Assembly: GCA_937975765.1 (NCBI GenBank)
Contig: CALJUR010000081.1
Location: 1,706 to 65,705 of the forward strand
Length of the DNA: 64,000 nucleotides
DNA from: an uncultured Myxococcales bacterium
Lineage (GTDB): Bacteria > Myxococcota_A > UBA9042 > DTJE01
Direction of reading: 5' to 3'
Each line of letters opens with the position of its first letter. The first letter of the stretch is position 1. Both the position numbers and the translations under genes were made by a program. A model generated the notes under the pieces. It saw only the letters and a list, made by a program, of their open reading frames with translations. It did not search any database and was not told the origin of the DNA. Positions 1 through 8,228 of the stretch are shown here, in pieces.

Positions 1-409
1 GGATCGCCCGGAACGACTCGTCGGTGTCGCCGGGCTCGGATCCCTGGTGCGCGCGGGCCACCTCGACCGCGAAGTCGCCGTTCGCCTCGCGGCGCAGGGT
101 GCGCCGGTCGCGCAGCGTGACGGGCCCCTCGGGGCGGGCCACGGTGACCCGCGTCTCGGCGGTGGCCAGGTACGCGGCGCGGTCGCCGACCAGGGCGTCG
201 ACGGGGGCAGTCGGATCGGCCACGGGCTGCGGGGGAGATGAAGGCCCGCGACCGCACGCCAGCGCGGGCAACGCCACCGCGATCGCCAGGACGACCCGCA
301 CCCGGCGCAACCGGGACCGGACCGCGCCGGTCGCGCGGGCCTTCGCGACGGCGCGCGTCGGCGATGCGCGCCCGCCTGGCCTTCGAGGTGCGGGAAAACG
401 CGCCACCAT
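1..409 (-). CDS. Partial CDS (5' part only, runs off the window start): lipoprotein-like N-terminus
   Basis: Hand translation of the minus strand from 409 down to 1 is open throughout. It gives MVARFPAPRR...RRVRVVLAIAVALPALACGRG, a signal peptide with an LAC lipobox. The ATG overlaps the fmt stop as TGATG. The high-GC background lowers confidence, and the start could be internal. Confidence 0.35.
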   Translation of the reverse strand, partial: MVARFPAPRRPGGRASPTRAVAKARATGAVRSRLRRVRVVLAIAVALPALACGRGPSSPPQPVADPTAPVDALVGDRAAYLATAETRVTVARPEGPVTLRDRRTLRREANGDFAVEVARAHQGSEPGDTDESFRAI

Positions 410-1392
410 CACCCTCCCGTCGCGGGGCTGGCCTCGGGCCCCGGGCCCAGCACGTCCCCGACGGACAGCCGGCGGCCCGCGGCGGCCTCGCGCGCCGTCA
501 TGCGGCGCGACCCGGCGGGCTGCAGGTCCCGGAGGAGAACGGCCCCGTCGCCCGTGCGGACCTTCGCCCCTTCCGCATCGACCGAAAGGACCGTCCCGGG
601 CGCGGCCCCGGATGCGTCCGGCACCGCCTGCGCGAACGGGAACACCCGCAGGCGCAGATCCTTCGCGCCGTAGGTGTAGGCGCCAGGCCACGGCTCGACG
701 CCGCGAACCCGGTCGGCCACCTCGCGGGACGTGCGCGCCCAGTCGATGCGTCCATCCTCCTTCTTCAGCGGGGGCGCCAGCGTGGCCAGCGCCTCGTCCT
801 GCGGCACAGCCGTCATCGTCCCGTCCACGACGCCTTCCAGCGCCTGCAGCAGCAGGGCCGGACCCATCGCGGCCAGCCGGTCGTAGACCGTCGCCGCGGT
901 GTCGTCCGGCGCGATCGGCGTCGCCCCCTTCAGCAGCATCGGGCCGGTGTCCAGGCCCGGGTCCATGCGCATGATCGTCACGCCGGTCCGGGGGTCGCCG
1001 CGGATCACCGACCACTGCACCGGCGCGGCCCCGCGCCAGCGCGGCAGCAGCGACCCGTGCACGTTGATGCATCCGAACCGCGGCAGGTCCAGCACCTCGG
1101 GCGGCAGGATGCGGCCGTACGCCGCCACCACGACCAGGTCGGGGCGGGCCTGCGCGATCGCGCCCTGCACCTCGGGCGTCCGCAGCGTCTTCGGCTGCAG
1201 CAGCGGCAGGCCCAGCGCCGACGCCAGTTTCTTCACGGGGGTCTCGGACACCTCCAGGCCGCGGCCCGACGGCTTGTCGGCCCGGGTCACGACCAGCGGC
1301 AGCGCGAAGCCCGCGTCGGCCAGCGCCTGCAGCGACGGCACCGCGAACGACGCGGACCCCATGAAGACGATGCGAAGGGACGACGGGGTCAC
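409..1392 (-). CDS. fmt: Methionyl-tRNA formyltransferase
   Basis: 327-aa translation with typical Fmt features: N-terminal formyltransferase core (VFMGSASFAVPSL, INVHGSLLPRWRGAAP) and the C-terminal Fmt domain. It lies immediately downstream of def, as in the classic def-fmt arrangement. Confidence 0.9.
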   Translation of the reverse strand: MTPSSLRIVFMGSASFAVPSLQALADAGFALPLVVTRADKPSGRGLEVSETPVKKLASALGLPLLQPKTLRTPEVQGAIAQARPDLVVVAAYGRILPPEVLDLPRFGCINVHGSLLPRWRGAAPVQWSVIRGDPRTGVTIMRMDPGLDTGPMLLKGATPIAPDDTAATVYDRLAAMGPALLLQALEGVVDGTMTAVPQDEALATLAPPLKKEDGRIDWARTSREVADRVRGVEPWPGAYTYGAKDLRLRVFPFAQAVPDASGAAPGTVLSVDAEGAKVRTGDGAVLLRDLQPAGSRRMTAREAAAGRRLSVGDVLGPGPEASPATGG

Positions 1393-1413
1393 GGGCGCCT
1401 CCGGGCGATGGGG

Positions 1414-1935
1414 TCACTCCCCGCGGCGCATGCGGTCGTAGTCGCGCAGGGCGATGCGGCGGCGGACGAGGCCGACGCGGTCGACGAAGACGGTGCCGTC
1501 CACGTGGTCGATCTCGTGCTGGAAGCAGACGGCCAGCAGGCCGTGGCAGTCGCGCGTCTGCAGGGTCCCGTTCTCGTCCAGGTACTCGACCGTGACGTGC
1601 TCGGCCCGCTGGACGTCGACCTCCAGGCCGGGGAACGACAGGCAGCCCTCGGTCATCACGACCTTGCCCTCCCGCGCCGTGATGCGCGGGTTGACGGCCA
1701 GGATCAGGCCGCTGCCGGGCTGGCCCTCCTCCTCGGAAGGCACGTCCAGCGTGACCATGCGGCGGGAGATGCCCACCTGCGGGGCGGCCAGGCCGATGCC
1801 GTTGCCGCGGTACATCGTCTCGGCCATGTCGTTCAGCAGCCGGCGGACCTCGTCGTCCACCGCCTCGACCGGGTCGGCCTTGCGGCGCAGAACCTCGTCC
1901 GGCCACGTCCGGATCGGAAGAACCGCCATCGTCAT
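1414..1935 (-). CDS. def: Peptide deformylase
   Basis: Def motifs GIGLAAPQ, EGCLS and QHEIDH are present. The start was trimmed to MTMAVLPI by residue count. A GGAAGGGGG Shine-Dalgarno sits upstream. The listed ORF extends further 5' with a Gly/Arg-rich artefactual N-terminus. Confidence 0.9.
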   Translation of the reverse strand: MTMAVLPIRTWPDEVLRRKADPVEAVDDEVRRLLNDMAETMYRGNGIGLAAPQVGISRRMVTLDVPSEEEGQPGSGLILAVNPRITAREGKVVMTEGCLSFPGLEVDVQRAEHVTVEYLDENGTLQTRDCHGLLAVCFQHEIDHVDGTVFVDRVGLVRRRIALRDYDRMRRGE

Positions 1936-2288
1936 CCCCCTTCCGCGGGCAGCAGCGCCCGCCGGTACGCCAGCCTCAGGTCCGGGTCCGACAGCACCGT
2001 GAAGGCGTCCTCGGCCACCCGAGCCGCCTCCTCCAGCACCGCGGACGCCCCGGCATCGCCGGCCACCTCCGCCCGCAGCGCGTCGATTTCCCGCGCCACG
2101 GCCCGCCACGCCTCCCGGACCTCGGTCGTGGTGGCGTCCCGGGCCAGCCCCAGGCACTCGAAATAGGTGCCATTCCACGCGGCATCCCGCAACCGGACCA
2201 GCGCGGCCGGCAGCGGGGGTGCCTCGAACGGCCGGATCCGGGCGGTCCCGCGACGCGCCGGCGCGGCCCCCTTCACGCGACCTTCCAT
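1932..2288 (-). CDS. Small J-domain-like (DnaJ-like) protein lacking the canonical HPD motif
   Basis: The C-terminal 118 aa of the long artefactual ORF 1932..3635 shows a J-domain-like pattern (YFECLGL...VREAWRAVAREIDAL...AFTVLSDPDLRLAYRR). Its stop overlaps the def start as ATGA. Its start overlaps the cysS end by about 16 nt. Confidence 0.4.
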   Translation of the reverse strand: MEGRVKGAAPARRGTARIRPFEAPPLPAALVRLRDAAWNGTYFECLGLARDATTTEVREAWRAVAREIDALRAEVAGDAGASAVLEEAARVAEDAFTVLSDPDLRLAYRRALLPAEGG

Positions 2289-3718
2289 CGCGTCCCCTCG
2301 GGCCCGTCCATCAGGACGATGCCCATGCCGGACAACTCGGCCCGCAGCGCGTCGGCCTTCGCGAAGTCCTTCGCGGCCCGCGCGGCGATGCGGTCGGCCA
2401 CCAGCGCCTCGATCCGCGCCCGGTCCAGGCCGTTGCGGGCCAGCTTGCGGTCGCGGATCCCGGACAGCACCTCGGCCGGGTCCCGCTGGCACAGCCCCAG
2501 CACCTTCCCCAGGTCCGCCAGCATCTCCAGCGCCGTGGCCACCGCCTCGGCCTTCTGGGTGCCCTTGCCCTTCATCGTCAGCGCGTCGTTCAGGCGCCGC
2601 GCCGCGTCGGCCACCAGCGCCAGCCCCGCGGCCGAGTTGAAGTCGTCGTCCATCGCCGCGACGAATTTCTCCTTCGCGGCCTCGACCTCGACGGGGTTCG
2701 AGTCGCACGGCGTCCGTTCCAGCAGCGCCCGCGCCGCCTGCACGGTCTCGTACAGGTACTCGACCCGGTTCTCGGCCTCGGACACGGCCCCGTCGGTGAA
2801 GTTGATGGGGCTGCGGTAGTGCGTGGTCAACAGGAAGTACCGCAGCGACTCGGGGTGGAACCGGGCGGTGACCTCCTGGATCGTGAAGAAGTTGCCCAGC
2901 GACTTGGACATCTTCTCGGAATCGACGTTGACGAAGCCGTTGTGCATCCAGGTGCGCACGAACTCCTTGCCGGTCGCGGCCCAGGACTGGGCGCGCTCGT
3001 TCTCGTGGTGCGGGAAGACCAGGTCCATGCCGCCGCCGTGCAGGTCGAAGACCTCGCCCAGGTACTGCGACGACATGGCGCTGCACTCGATGTGCCAGCC
3101 GGGCCGGCCCGAACCCCACGGGCTGTCCCACGCGGGCTCGCCGGGCTTCGCCGCCTTCCACAGCGCGAAGTCCATCGGGTGGCGCTTGCCCGGCTCGGAC
3201 GGGTCGACGCGGTCGGAGGCGCCGGCCTGCATGTCGTCCAGCTTGCGCCCGGACAGTTGCAGGTAGCCGGGGAACGACGAGATGTCGAAGTAGACGTCGC
3301 CGCCCGCCACGTACGCGTGCCCGCGATCCACGATCGACTGCACCATCGCGAGGATCTGCGGCATGTGGTCCGTGACGCGCGGCTCGACGTCGGCGCGCGC
3401 CACGCCCAGCGCGTCCATGTCCTCGTGGAACGCCTCGATGTTGCGCGTCGTCAACTCGGTCACCGGCACGCCGGCCTCGTTCGACCGCCGGATGATCTTG
3501 TCGTCCACGTCCGTGAAGTTGCGGACGTAGGTGACCTCGTAGCCGCGCCAGCGCAGGTACCGGAGGATCACGTCGAAGGCCACGTAAGCCCGCGCGTGCC
3601 CGATGTGGCAGCGGTCGTACACGGTCACGCCGCACACGTACATCCCCACCTTGCCGGGCTGGATCGTCTCGAAGGGTTCCTTCGCGCGGGTGAACGTGTT
3701 GAAGACCTTCAGGCTCAC
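2273..3718 (-). CDS. cysS: Cysteine--tRNA ligase
   Basis: 481-aa class-I aminoacyl-tRNA synthetase. It carries the HIGH motif (CHIGHARAY), KMSKS, and zinc/cysteine-binding residues typical of CysS. Confidence 0.93.
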   Translation of the reverse strand: MSLKVFNTFTRAKEPFETIQPGKVGMYVCGVTVYDRCHIGHARAYVAFDVILRYLRWRGYEVTYVRNFTDVDDKIIRRSNEAGVPVTELTTRNIEAFHEDMDALGVARADVEPRVTDHMPQILAMVQSIVDRGHAYVAGGDVYFDISSFPGYLQLSGRKLDDMQAGASDRVDPSEPGKRHPMDFALWKAAKPGEPAWDSPWGSGRPGWHIECSAMSSQYLGEVFDLHGGGMDLVFPHHENERAQSWAATGKEFVRTWMHNGFVNVDSEKMSKSLGNFFTIQEVTARFHPESLRYFLLTTHYRSPINFTDGAVSEAENRVEYLYETVQAARALLERTPCDSNPVEVEAAKEKFVAAMDDDFNSAAGLALVADAARRLNDALTMKGKGTQKAEAVATALEMLADLGKVLGLCQRDPAEVLSGIRDRKLARNGLDRARIEALVADRIAARAAKDFAKADALRAELSGMGIVLMDGPEGTRWKVA

Positions 3719-3792
3719 GGGGTTTCCTCGCCTTCGCGGACGGGCGGAAACCTACCGGTTGCGCGGGGATCTGTCAATCGGACGGGCGGCCC

Positions 3793-5274
3793 TTGCGCGA
3801 TCGTGAAACCGCGTCCATCATCCCGCGCATGGACTTCGCGAAACACGGTTCGCTGGTCGCGGCGCTGCTTTACGTGGTGGCGGTCGGAACGCTGCTGGCC
3901 GGGCAGTCCCCGGTCGTGCCGCAGCCGGTCCTGAACAGCCTGGAATTGCGGCCCTTGCTGCTGCTGGGGCGGATGATCGAGCCCCCGGAAGCCCCCGCGG
4001 CCGGGCCGGCCGAGGCGGACCCGCCGGCGTCCCCGTGGGTCCCGGCCGGTGAGGGGGTGCTGCCGGGCCGCTCCGACCCGCAGGCCGGCGAGTGGGAGGA
4101 ACTGTCCCTCATGCTGCGTGCGGGCCTGGAGTCCGTGGCGCACCGGCCCCTGGCCACCCGCGAGGACCCGTTGCGGGCGGCCGCCGTCGCCGCCGGCCTG
4201 GGCGCGCGCCACCTGGTGCCGCCGTATGCCGGGCCCCTGGCCGCCGAAGACCCCGCGGCCGCCGCGCTGGTCCGCTGGGCGTTCGATCCCGCCTCGCCGG
4301 CCTCCGACGCGGACCTGGCCGCACTGCGCGATGCGGGCCTGCCACCTCCCCTGGGCGACATGGCCGTCGCGGCGGTGGCGCAGGCCGCCGGGCGGACCGA
4401 CGACGCCGCCACCGCCCGGGCCGGCTGGATCGCGGCCGCCGACGAGGTGCGCCAGTGGGCCTCCCTGGCGACGATCGTCTTCGCGGCCGCGCTGGTCGTC
4501 GGGACGGTGCTGTGGTTCCGGATGCGGCGGCTGCAGTGGGAGGCGATGGCGGCGCTGCGCCTCCGGCCCACCGTCGATTCGCTGCTGCCGGTCGCACGGG
4601 TGCTGGCGTACTTCATGGCCGTCTACCTGACGGTGGGGGTGTTCGGGCCGGACCTGCTGGCCGGCCTGGAGATCCCGGGCGGCGTGGCCGGGATGGCCAC
4701 GCTGCTGTACCTGGTCAACGCGGTGGCGGGGATCGCCCTGGTGCTGGCGACGGGCCGCTCCGCCGCCGGCGAGCCGGCCGCCGACCTGCTGGGGCTGCGG
4801 ACGATGGGGCCCTCGCGCGCCCCGGCCGGCGCGGCCTGGGGCGTGGCCGGGTGGTGCATGCTGGTGCCGGCCGTCCTGTCGGCGACCTTCTTCGCGGCGA
4901 CCGTGCTGGGCATCGGCGGGAACCCGTTCGACAACCCCGTCGCGATGCTGCTGGCGATGGACCCCTCGCCCGACGTGGTCGCGCTGCTGCTGTTCTCGAC
5001 GGTGGTCCTGGCGCCGCTGTTCGAGGAGATGCTGTTCCGCGGCTTCCTGCACGGGCGCCTGCGCCGGCACTTCACGCCGTACGGGGCCGCGGCTCTCTCG
5101 GGCCTGCTGTTCGCGATCGCGCACCTGTCCGTGTCGAACCTGCTGCCCCTGTGGGCGCTGGGGTTCGCGCTGGGGATCCTGTACGACCGCACCCGGACGC
5201 TGTGGGCCCCGATGGTCGCGCATGCCCTGTGGAACCTGGGTACCGCCGGGGTCCTGCTGACCCTCTTCTCCTGA
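3793..5274 (+). CDS. CPBP family intramembrane glutamic endopeptidase (CAAX protease/Abi-like)
   Basis: Multi-pass membrane protein with CPBP motifs EEMLFRG, FAIAHL and HALWN in its C-terminal third. The alternative start M at 3829 is also possible. Confidence 0.75.
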   Translation: MRDRETASIIPRMDFAKHGSLVAALLYVVAVGTLLAGQSPVVPQPVLNSLELRPLLLLGRMIEPPEAPAAGPAEADPPASPWVPAGEGVLPGRSDPQAGEWEELSLMLRAGLESVAHRPLATREDPLRAAAVAAGLGARHLVPPYAGPLAAEDPAAAALVRWAFDPASPASDADLAALRDAGLPPPLGDMAVAAVAQAAGRTDDAATARAGWIAAADEVRQWASLATIVFAAALVVGTVLWFRMRRLQWEAMAALRLRPTVDSLLPVARVLAYFMAVYLTVGVFGPDLLAGLEIPGGVAGMATLLYLVNAVAGIALVLATGRSAAGEPAADLLGLRTMGPSRAPAGAAWGVAGWCMLVPAVLSATFFAATVLGIGGNPFDNPVAMLLAMDPSPDVVALLLFSTVVLAPLFEEMLFRGFLHGRLRRHFTPYGAAALSGLLFAIAHLSVSNLLPLWALGFALGILYDRTRTLWAPMVAHALWNLGTAGVLLTLFS

Positions 5275-5430
5275 CGTTTCCGGCCTTGGGCCTTCCCCGC
5301 GCCCCGCCACCGGATACCCTGCATTTTCGCGGGGATTTTTCCCGCCCCATTGACGATCCCCCCGTCCGCCCCCATCGTGAAGGACGCGAACAAAAGCGTG
5401 CGTTCTCCGGACGCGAAGGGAGGTGGATCC

Positions 5431-7116
5431 ATGGACCCGCGCCCCTGGCACAAGTTCTACACGGAAGGCATCCCCCTGGACGTGGTGGACGAGTCGCTGG
5501 CCCTGCCGCAACTGCTGGATCGGACGGCGGCGCGGTGGCCGGACCGGGTGGCCACGATCTTCGAGGGGGGCAAGGTCACCTACGCGCAGTTGAAGGACGG
5601 CGCGGACCGGCTGGCGACGGCGCTGGTGGCCCTGGGGATCCAGCCCGGCGACCGGGTCGCGATCCAGTTGCCGAACCTGCCGCAGGCGGTCATCGCCTAC
5701 TACGGCGTCCTGCGCGCGGGCGCGGTCGCGGTGATGACCAACCCCCTGTACGTGTCCCGCGAACTCGAGCACCACTTCAACGACTCGGGGGTCAAGGCCG
5801 CGATCCTGCTGGACGCCTTCTGGGTGAAGACCGTCCGGGACCTGCGCCCCCAGTTGAAGACGCTGCAGCACGTGATCCTGACGAAGCTGGTGGACTGGCT
5901 GCCCTTCCCGAAGAACAAGCTGTTCCCGCTGGTGGGCAAGAAGACCGGCCTGGTCGTGGGCGTGGACCCGACCGACAAGGTGCTGTGGCTGAAGGACCTG
6001 CTGAAGCAGCACCCGGCGAACCCGCCGGAAATCGCCTGGAACCCCGACGTGCTGGCGAACCTGCAGTACACCGGCGGCACGACGGGCGTGTCGAAGGGGG
6101 CGATGCTGACCCACCGCAACCTGGCCGTGAACGTGTTCCAGACGGCGGCGTGGTTCACGGGCATGGTGCCGGGCGGCGAGATCAGCCTGGCGGCGCTGCC
6201 GTTCTTCCACGTGTTCGGGCTGACCGTGTGCATGAACCTGTCGGTCGCGTACGGCGCGACGCAGGTGCTGGTGCCGAACCCGCGGGACATCCCCAAGCTG
6301 GTCAAGCTGATCGCGAAGCACCGGCCGACGCTGTTCCCGGCGGTTCCGGCGATGTTCAACGCGATCAACCAGTTCCCGGGAATCGACAAGCTGGACATCT
6401 CGTCGATCAAGGGTTGCTTCAGCGGGTCGGCGCCGCTGCCGCTGGAGGTGCTGGAGCGGTTCGAGAAGTTGACCGGCGGGAAGATCACGGAGGGCTTCGG
6501 GATGACCGAGTCCTCGCCCGTCACGCACGCGAACCCGCTGTACGGCGTGCGCAAGCCGGGCTCGATCGGCATCCCGCTGCCGTCCACCGACGCGCGCATC
6601 GTGGACCTGGAGCAGGGCGTCCGGGACCTGCCGGTCAACGAGGACGGCGAACTGCTGCTGCGCGGGCCGCAGGTGATGACCGGCTACTGGGGCCGGGACG
6701 ACGAGACGGCGATCACGATCCGGGACGGGTGGCTGTATTCCGGCGACATCGTGCGGATGGACGAGGACGGCTACTTCTACATCGTGGGCCGGAAGAAGGA
6801 CATGATCATCGCGGGCGGCTTCAACATCTACCCGCGCGAGATCGACGAGATCCTGTACGAGAACCCCAAGGTCCTGGAGGCCGCGGCGGTCGGCGTGCCC
6901 GACGAGCGGCGCGGCGAGACCGTGAAGGCGTTCGTGGTGCTGCGGCCCGGCGAGACGGCGACCGAGGAGGAGATCATCGCCTACTGCCGGGACCGGATGG
7001 CGCCGTACAAGGTCCCCCGCAGCGTGGAATTCCGGACCGATCTTCCGAAATCCACGATCGGCAAGGTGCTGCGCCGGGTCCTGCGGGACGAGGAACTGTC
7101 GAAGACGAAGGGGTGA
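5431..7116 (+). CDS. AMP-dependent synthetase/ligase (long-chain fatty-acid--CoA ligase-like)
   Basis: AMP-binding motif YTGGTTGVSKGAMLTHRN, and the TEGFGMTE and GWLYSGD...GYFYIVGRKKD motifs. The start was trimmed to MDPRPWHKFY. Confidence 0.85.
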   Translation: MDPRPWHKFYTEGIPLDVVDESLALPQLLDRTAARWPDRVATIFEGGKVTYAQLKDGADRLATALVALGIQPGDRVAIQLPNLPQAVIAYYGVLRAGAVAVMTNPLYVSRELEHHFNDSGVKAAILLDAFWVKTVRDLRPQLKTLQHVILTKLVDWLPFPKNKLFPLVGKKTGLVVGVDPTDKVLWLKDLLKQHPANPPEIAWNPDVLANLQYTGGTTGVSKGAMLTHRNLAVNVFQTAAWFTGMVPGGEISLAALPFFHVFGLTVCMNLSVAYGATQVLVPNPRDIPKLVKLIAKHRPTLFPAVPAMFNAINQFPGIDKLDISSIKGCFSGSAPLPLEVLERFEKLTGGKITEGFGMTESSPVTHANPLYGVRKPGSIGIPLPSTDARIVDLEQGVRDLPVNEDGELLLRGPQVMTGYWGRDDETAITIRDGWLYSGDIVRMDEDGYFYIVGRKKDMIIAGGFNIYPREIDEILYENPKVLEAAAVGVPDERRGETVKAFVVLRPGETATEEEIIAYCRDRMAPYKVPRSVEFRTDLPKSTIGKVLRRVLRDEELSKTKG

Positions 7117-7158
7117 TCGCCCTTGCGGCCTTCGCGTTCCCCGGGGCAGGATCGGCGG

Positions 7159-7713
7159 ATGGACGCGAAGTGCCACAGCCTGCCGTGCACGGGGATCGCC
7201 GCCGACGGGTCGGTGGTTCGCCTGCGCGAACTGGACGGCGGCGACGGCCCTCGGCTGGTCGAACTGTTCGGGTGCCTCAGCCCGGAAAGCATCTACAACC
7301 GGTTCCTGGCCCCCATCGCGCGCCTGGACGAGGCCCAGGTGATGACCCTGACGCACACGGACCCGGCGACCGAGCGGACGGTCGCGGCCTTCCTGGAGGT
7401 GGGCCGCAGGGAGCGCCTGGTCGGCGTGGGACGGTTCCGGCGGGTGTCCGAGGACGCAGCCGAGGTCGCGATCGTGGTGGGCGACCCGTGGCAGCGGCAG
7501 GGCATCGGCCGGATGATCGTGCGGGCGATGGGCGTGGCGGCGAGGGAGTTCGGCCTGAAGTGGTTCGACGCGACGATCGACCCCTGCAACGTGCGCCTGC
7601 TGCGGTTCGCCGAGTCGTGCGGGTTCCGCGGGACGCTGCAGTACCGGGAAGGGCTGCTGCGGATGCGGACCCCGGTCGCCGAGGATCTCACGACGTCCGC
7701 GCGACCACCATGA
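7159..7713 (+). CDS. GNAT family N-acetyltransferase
   Basis: An acetyl-CoA binding-like segment (VVGDPWQRQGIGRMIV) sits in a protein of about 185 aa. The start is uncertain: 7123 or 7159. Confidence 0.55.
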   Translation: MDAKCHSLPCTGIAADGSVVRLRELDGGDGPRLVELFGCLSPESIYNRFLAPIARLDEAQVMTLTHTDPATERTVAAFLEVGRRERLVGVGRFRRVSEDAAEVAIVVGDPWQRQGIGRMIVRAMGVAAREFGLKWFDATIDPCNVRLLRFAESCGFRGTLQYREGLLRMRTPVAEDLTTSARPP

Positions 7714-8104
7714 TGCACGCGTGGTGGACGACCTGCGGGAACCGCGTCCGGGCCAGTTCCAGCACCTCGTCGTCGAACGACCCGTCCTGCAGCCAGACCG
7801 CCTCGACCGACGCGGGGTCCAGCCGTTCCAGCACCTGCCGGGTCACCGGCGGCGGCGTGACGAAGTTGACCACGTGGACGGGCCCGGGCACCGACGCCGG
7901 GTCCGGGAAGGCCGGCAGGCCCTCGATCGAGGTGGCCTTCGGGTTCACGGGCAGGACGGCGTAGCCCTGGGACGACAGGTTCCGGACGATGATGTTCCCG
8001 TACTTGGACGGGTCCACGGAGGCGCCGACCACCGCGATGCGGGTGGCGGGCGACTTGTCGCGAAGGCGGTCCCGTACCGCCTGGGGCAGGGTCGATGGCT
8101 GCAT
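7688..8104 (-). CDS. CoA-binding domain protein (YccU-like)
   Basis: 138-aa translation with IAVVGASVDPSKYGNIIVRNL...GYAVLPVNP, typical of the CoA-binding family. The start was set by residue count and an ATG was confirmed there. Confidence 0.6.
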   Translation of the reverse strand: MQPSTLPQAVRDRLRDKSPATRIAVVGASVDPSKYGNIIVRNLSSQGYAVLPVNPKATSIEGLPAFPDPASVPGPVHVVNFVTPPPVTRQVLERLDPASVEAVWLQDGSFDDEVLELARTRFPQVVHHACIMVVARTS

Positions 8105-8228
8105 GGCGGGCTCCCGCGTTAGGCCGTCGTCCACGATGGGGCCCCGGCGGCCGGATGGCAAGAGGGTTTGAACCGGGCCGCCGGAACGCTTATCCTTCCG
8201 CAGGATTCCAGGACCGGGGAGAAGACCG

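Noticed and set aside
1932-3635. 567-aa minus-strand ORF overlapping cysS
   Set aside because: It is a different frame of the same strand as cysS, Gly/Arg/Ala-rich with no motifs. This is typical open-frame noise in roughly 70% GC DNA. Only its last 118 aa (J-like) were retained as a low-confidence feature.
3715-7964. Giant ORFs 3715..7356 (-, 1213 aa) and 4092..7964 (+, 1290 aa)
   Set aside because: They are antisense or off-frame to the well-supported CPBP protease, acyl-CoA ligase and GNAT genes. The translations are Arg/Gly/Pro-rich low complexity.
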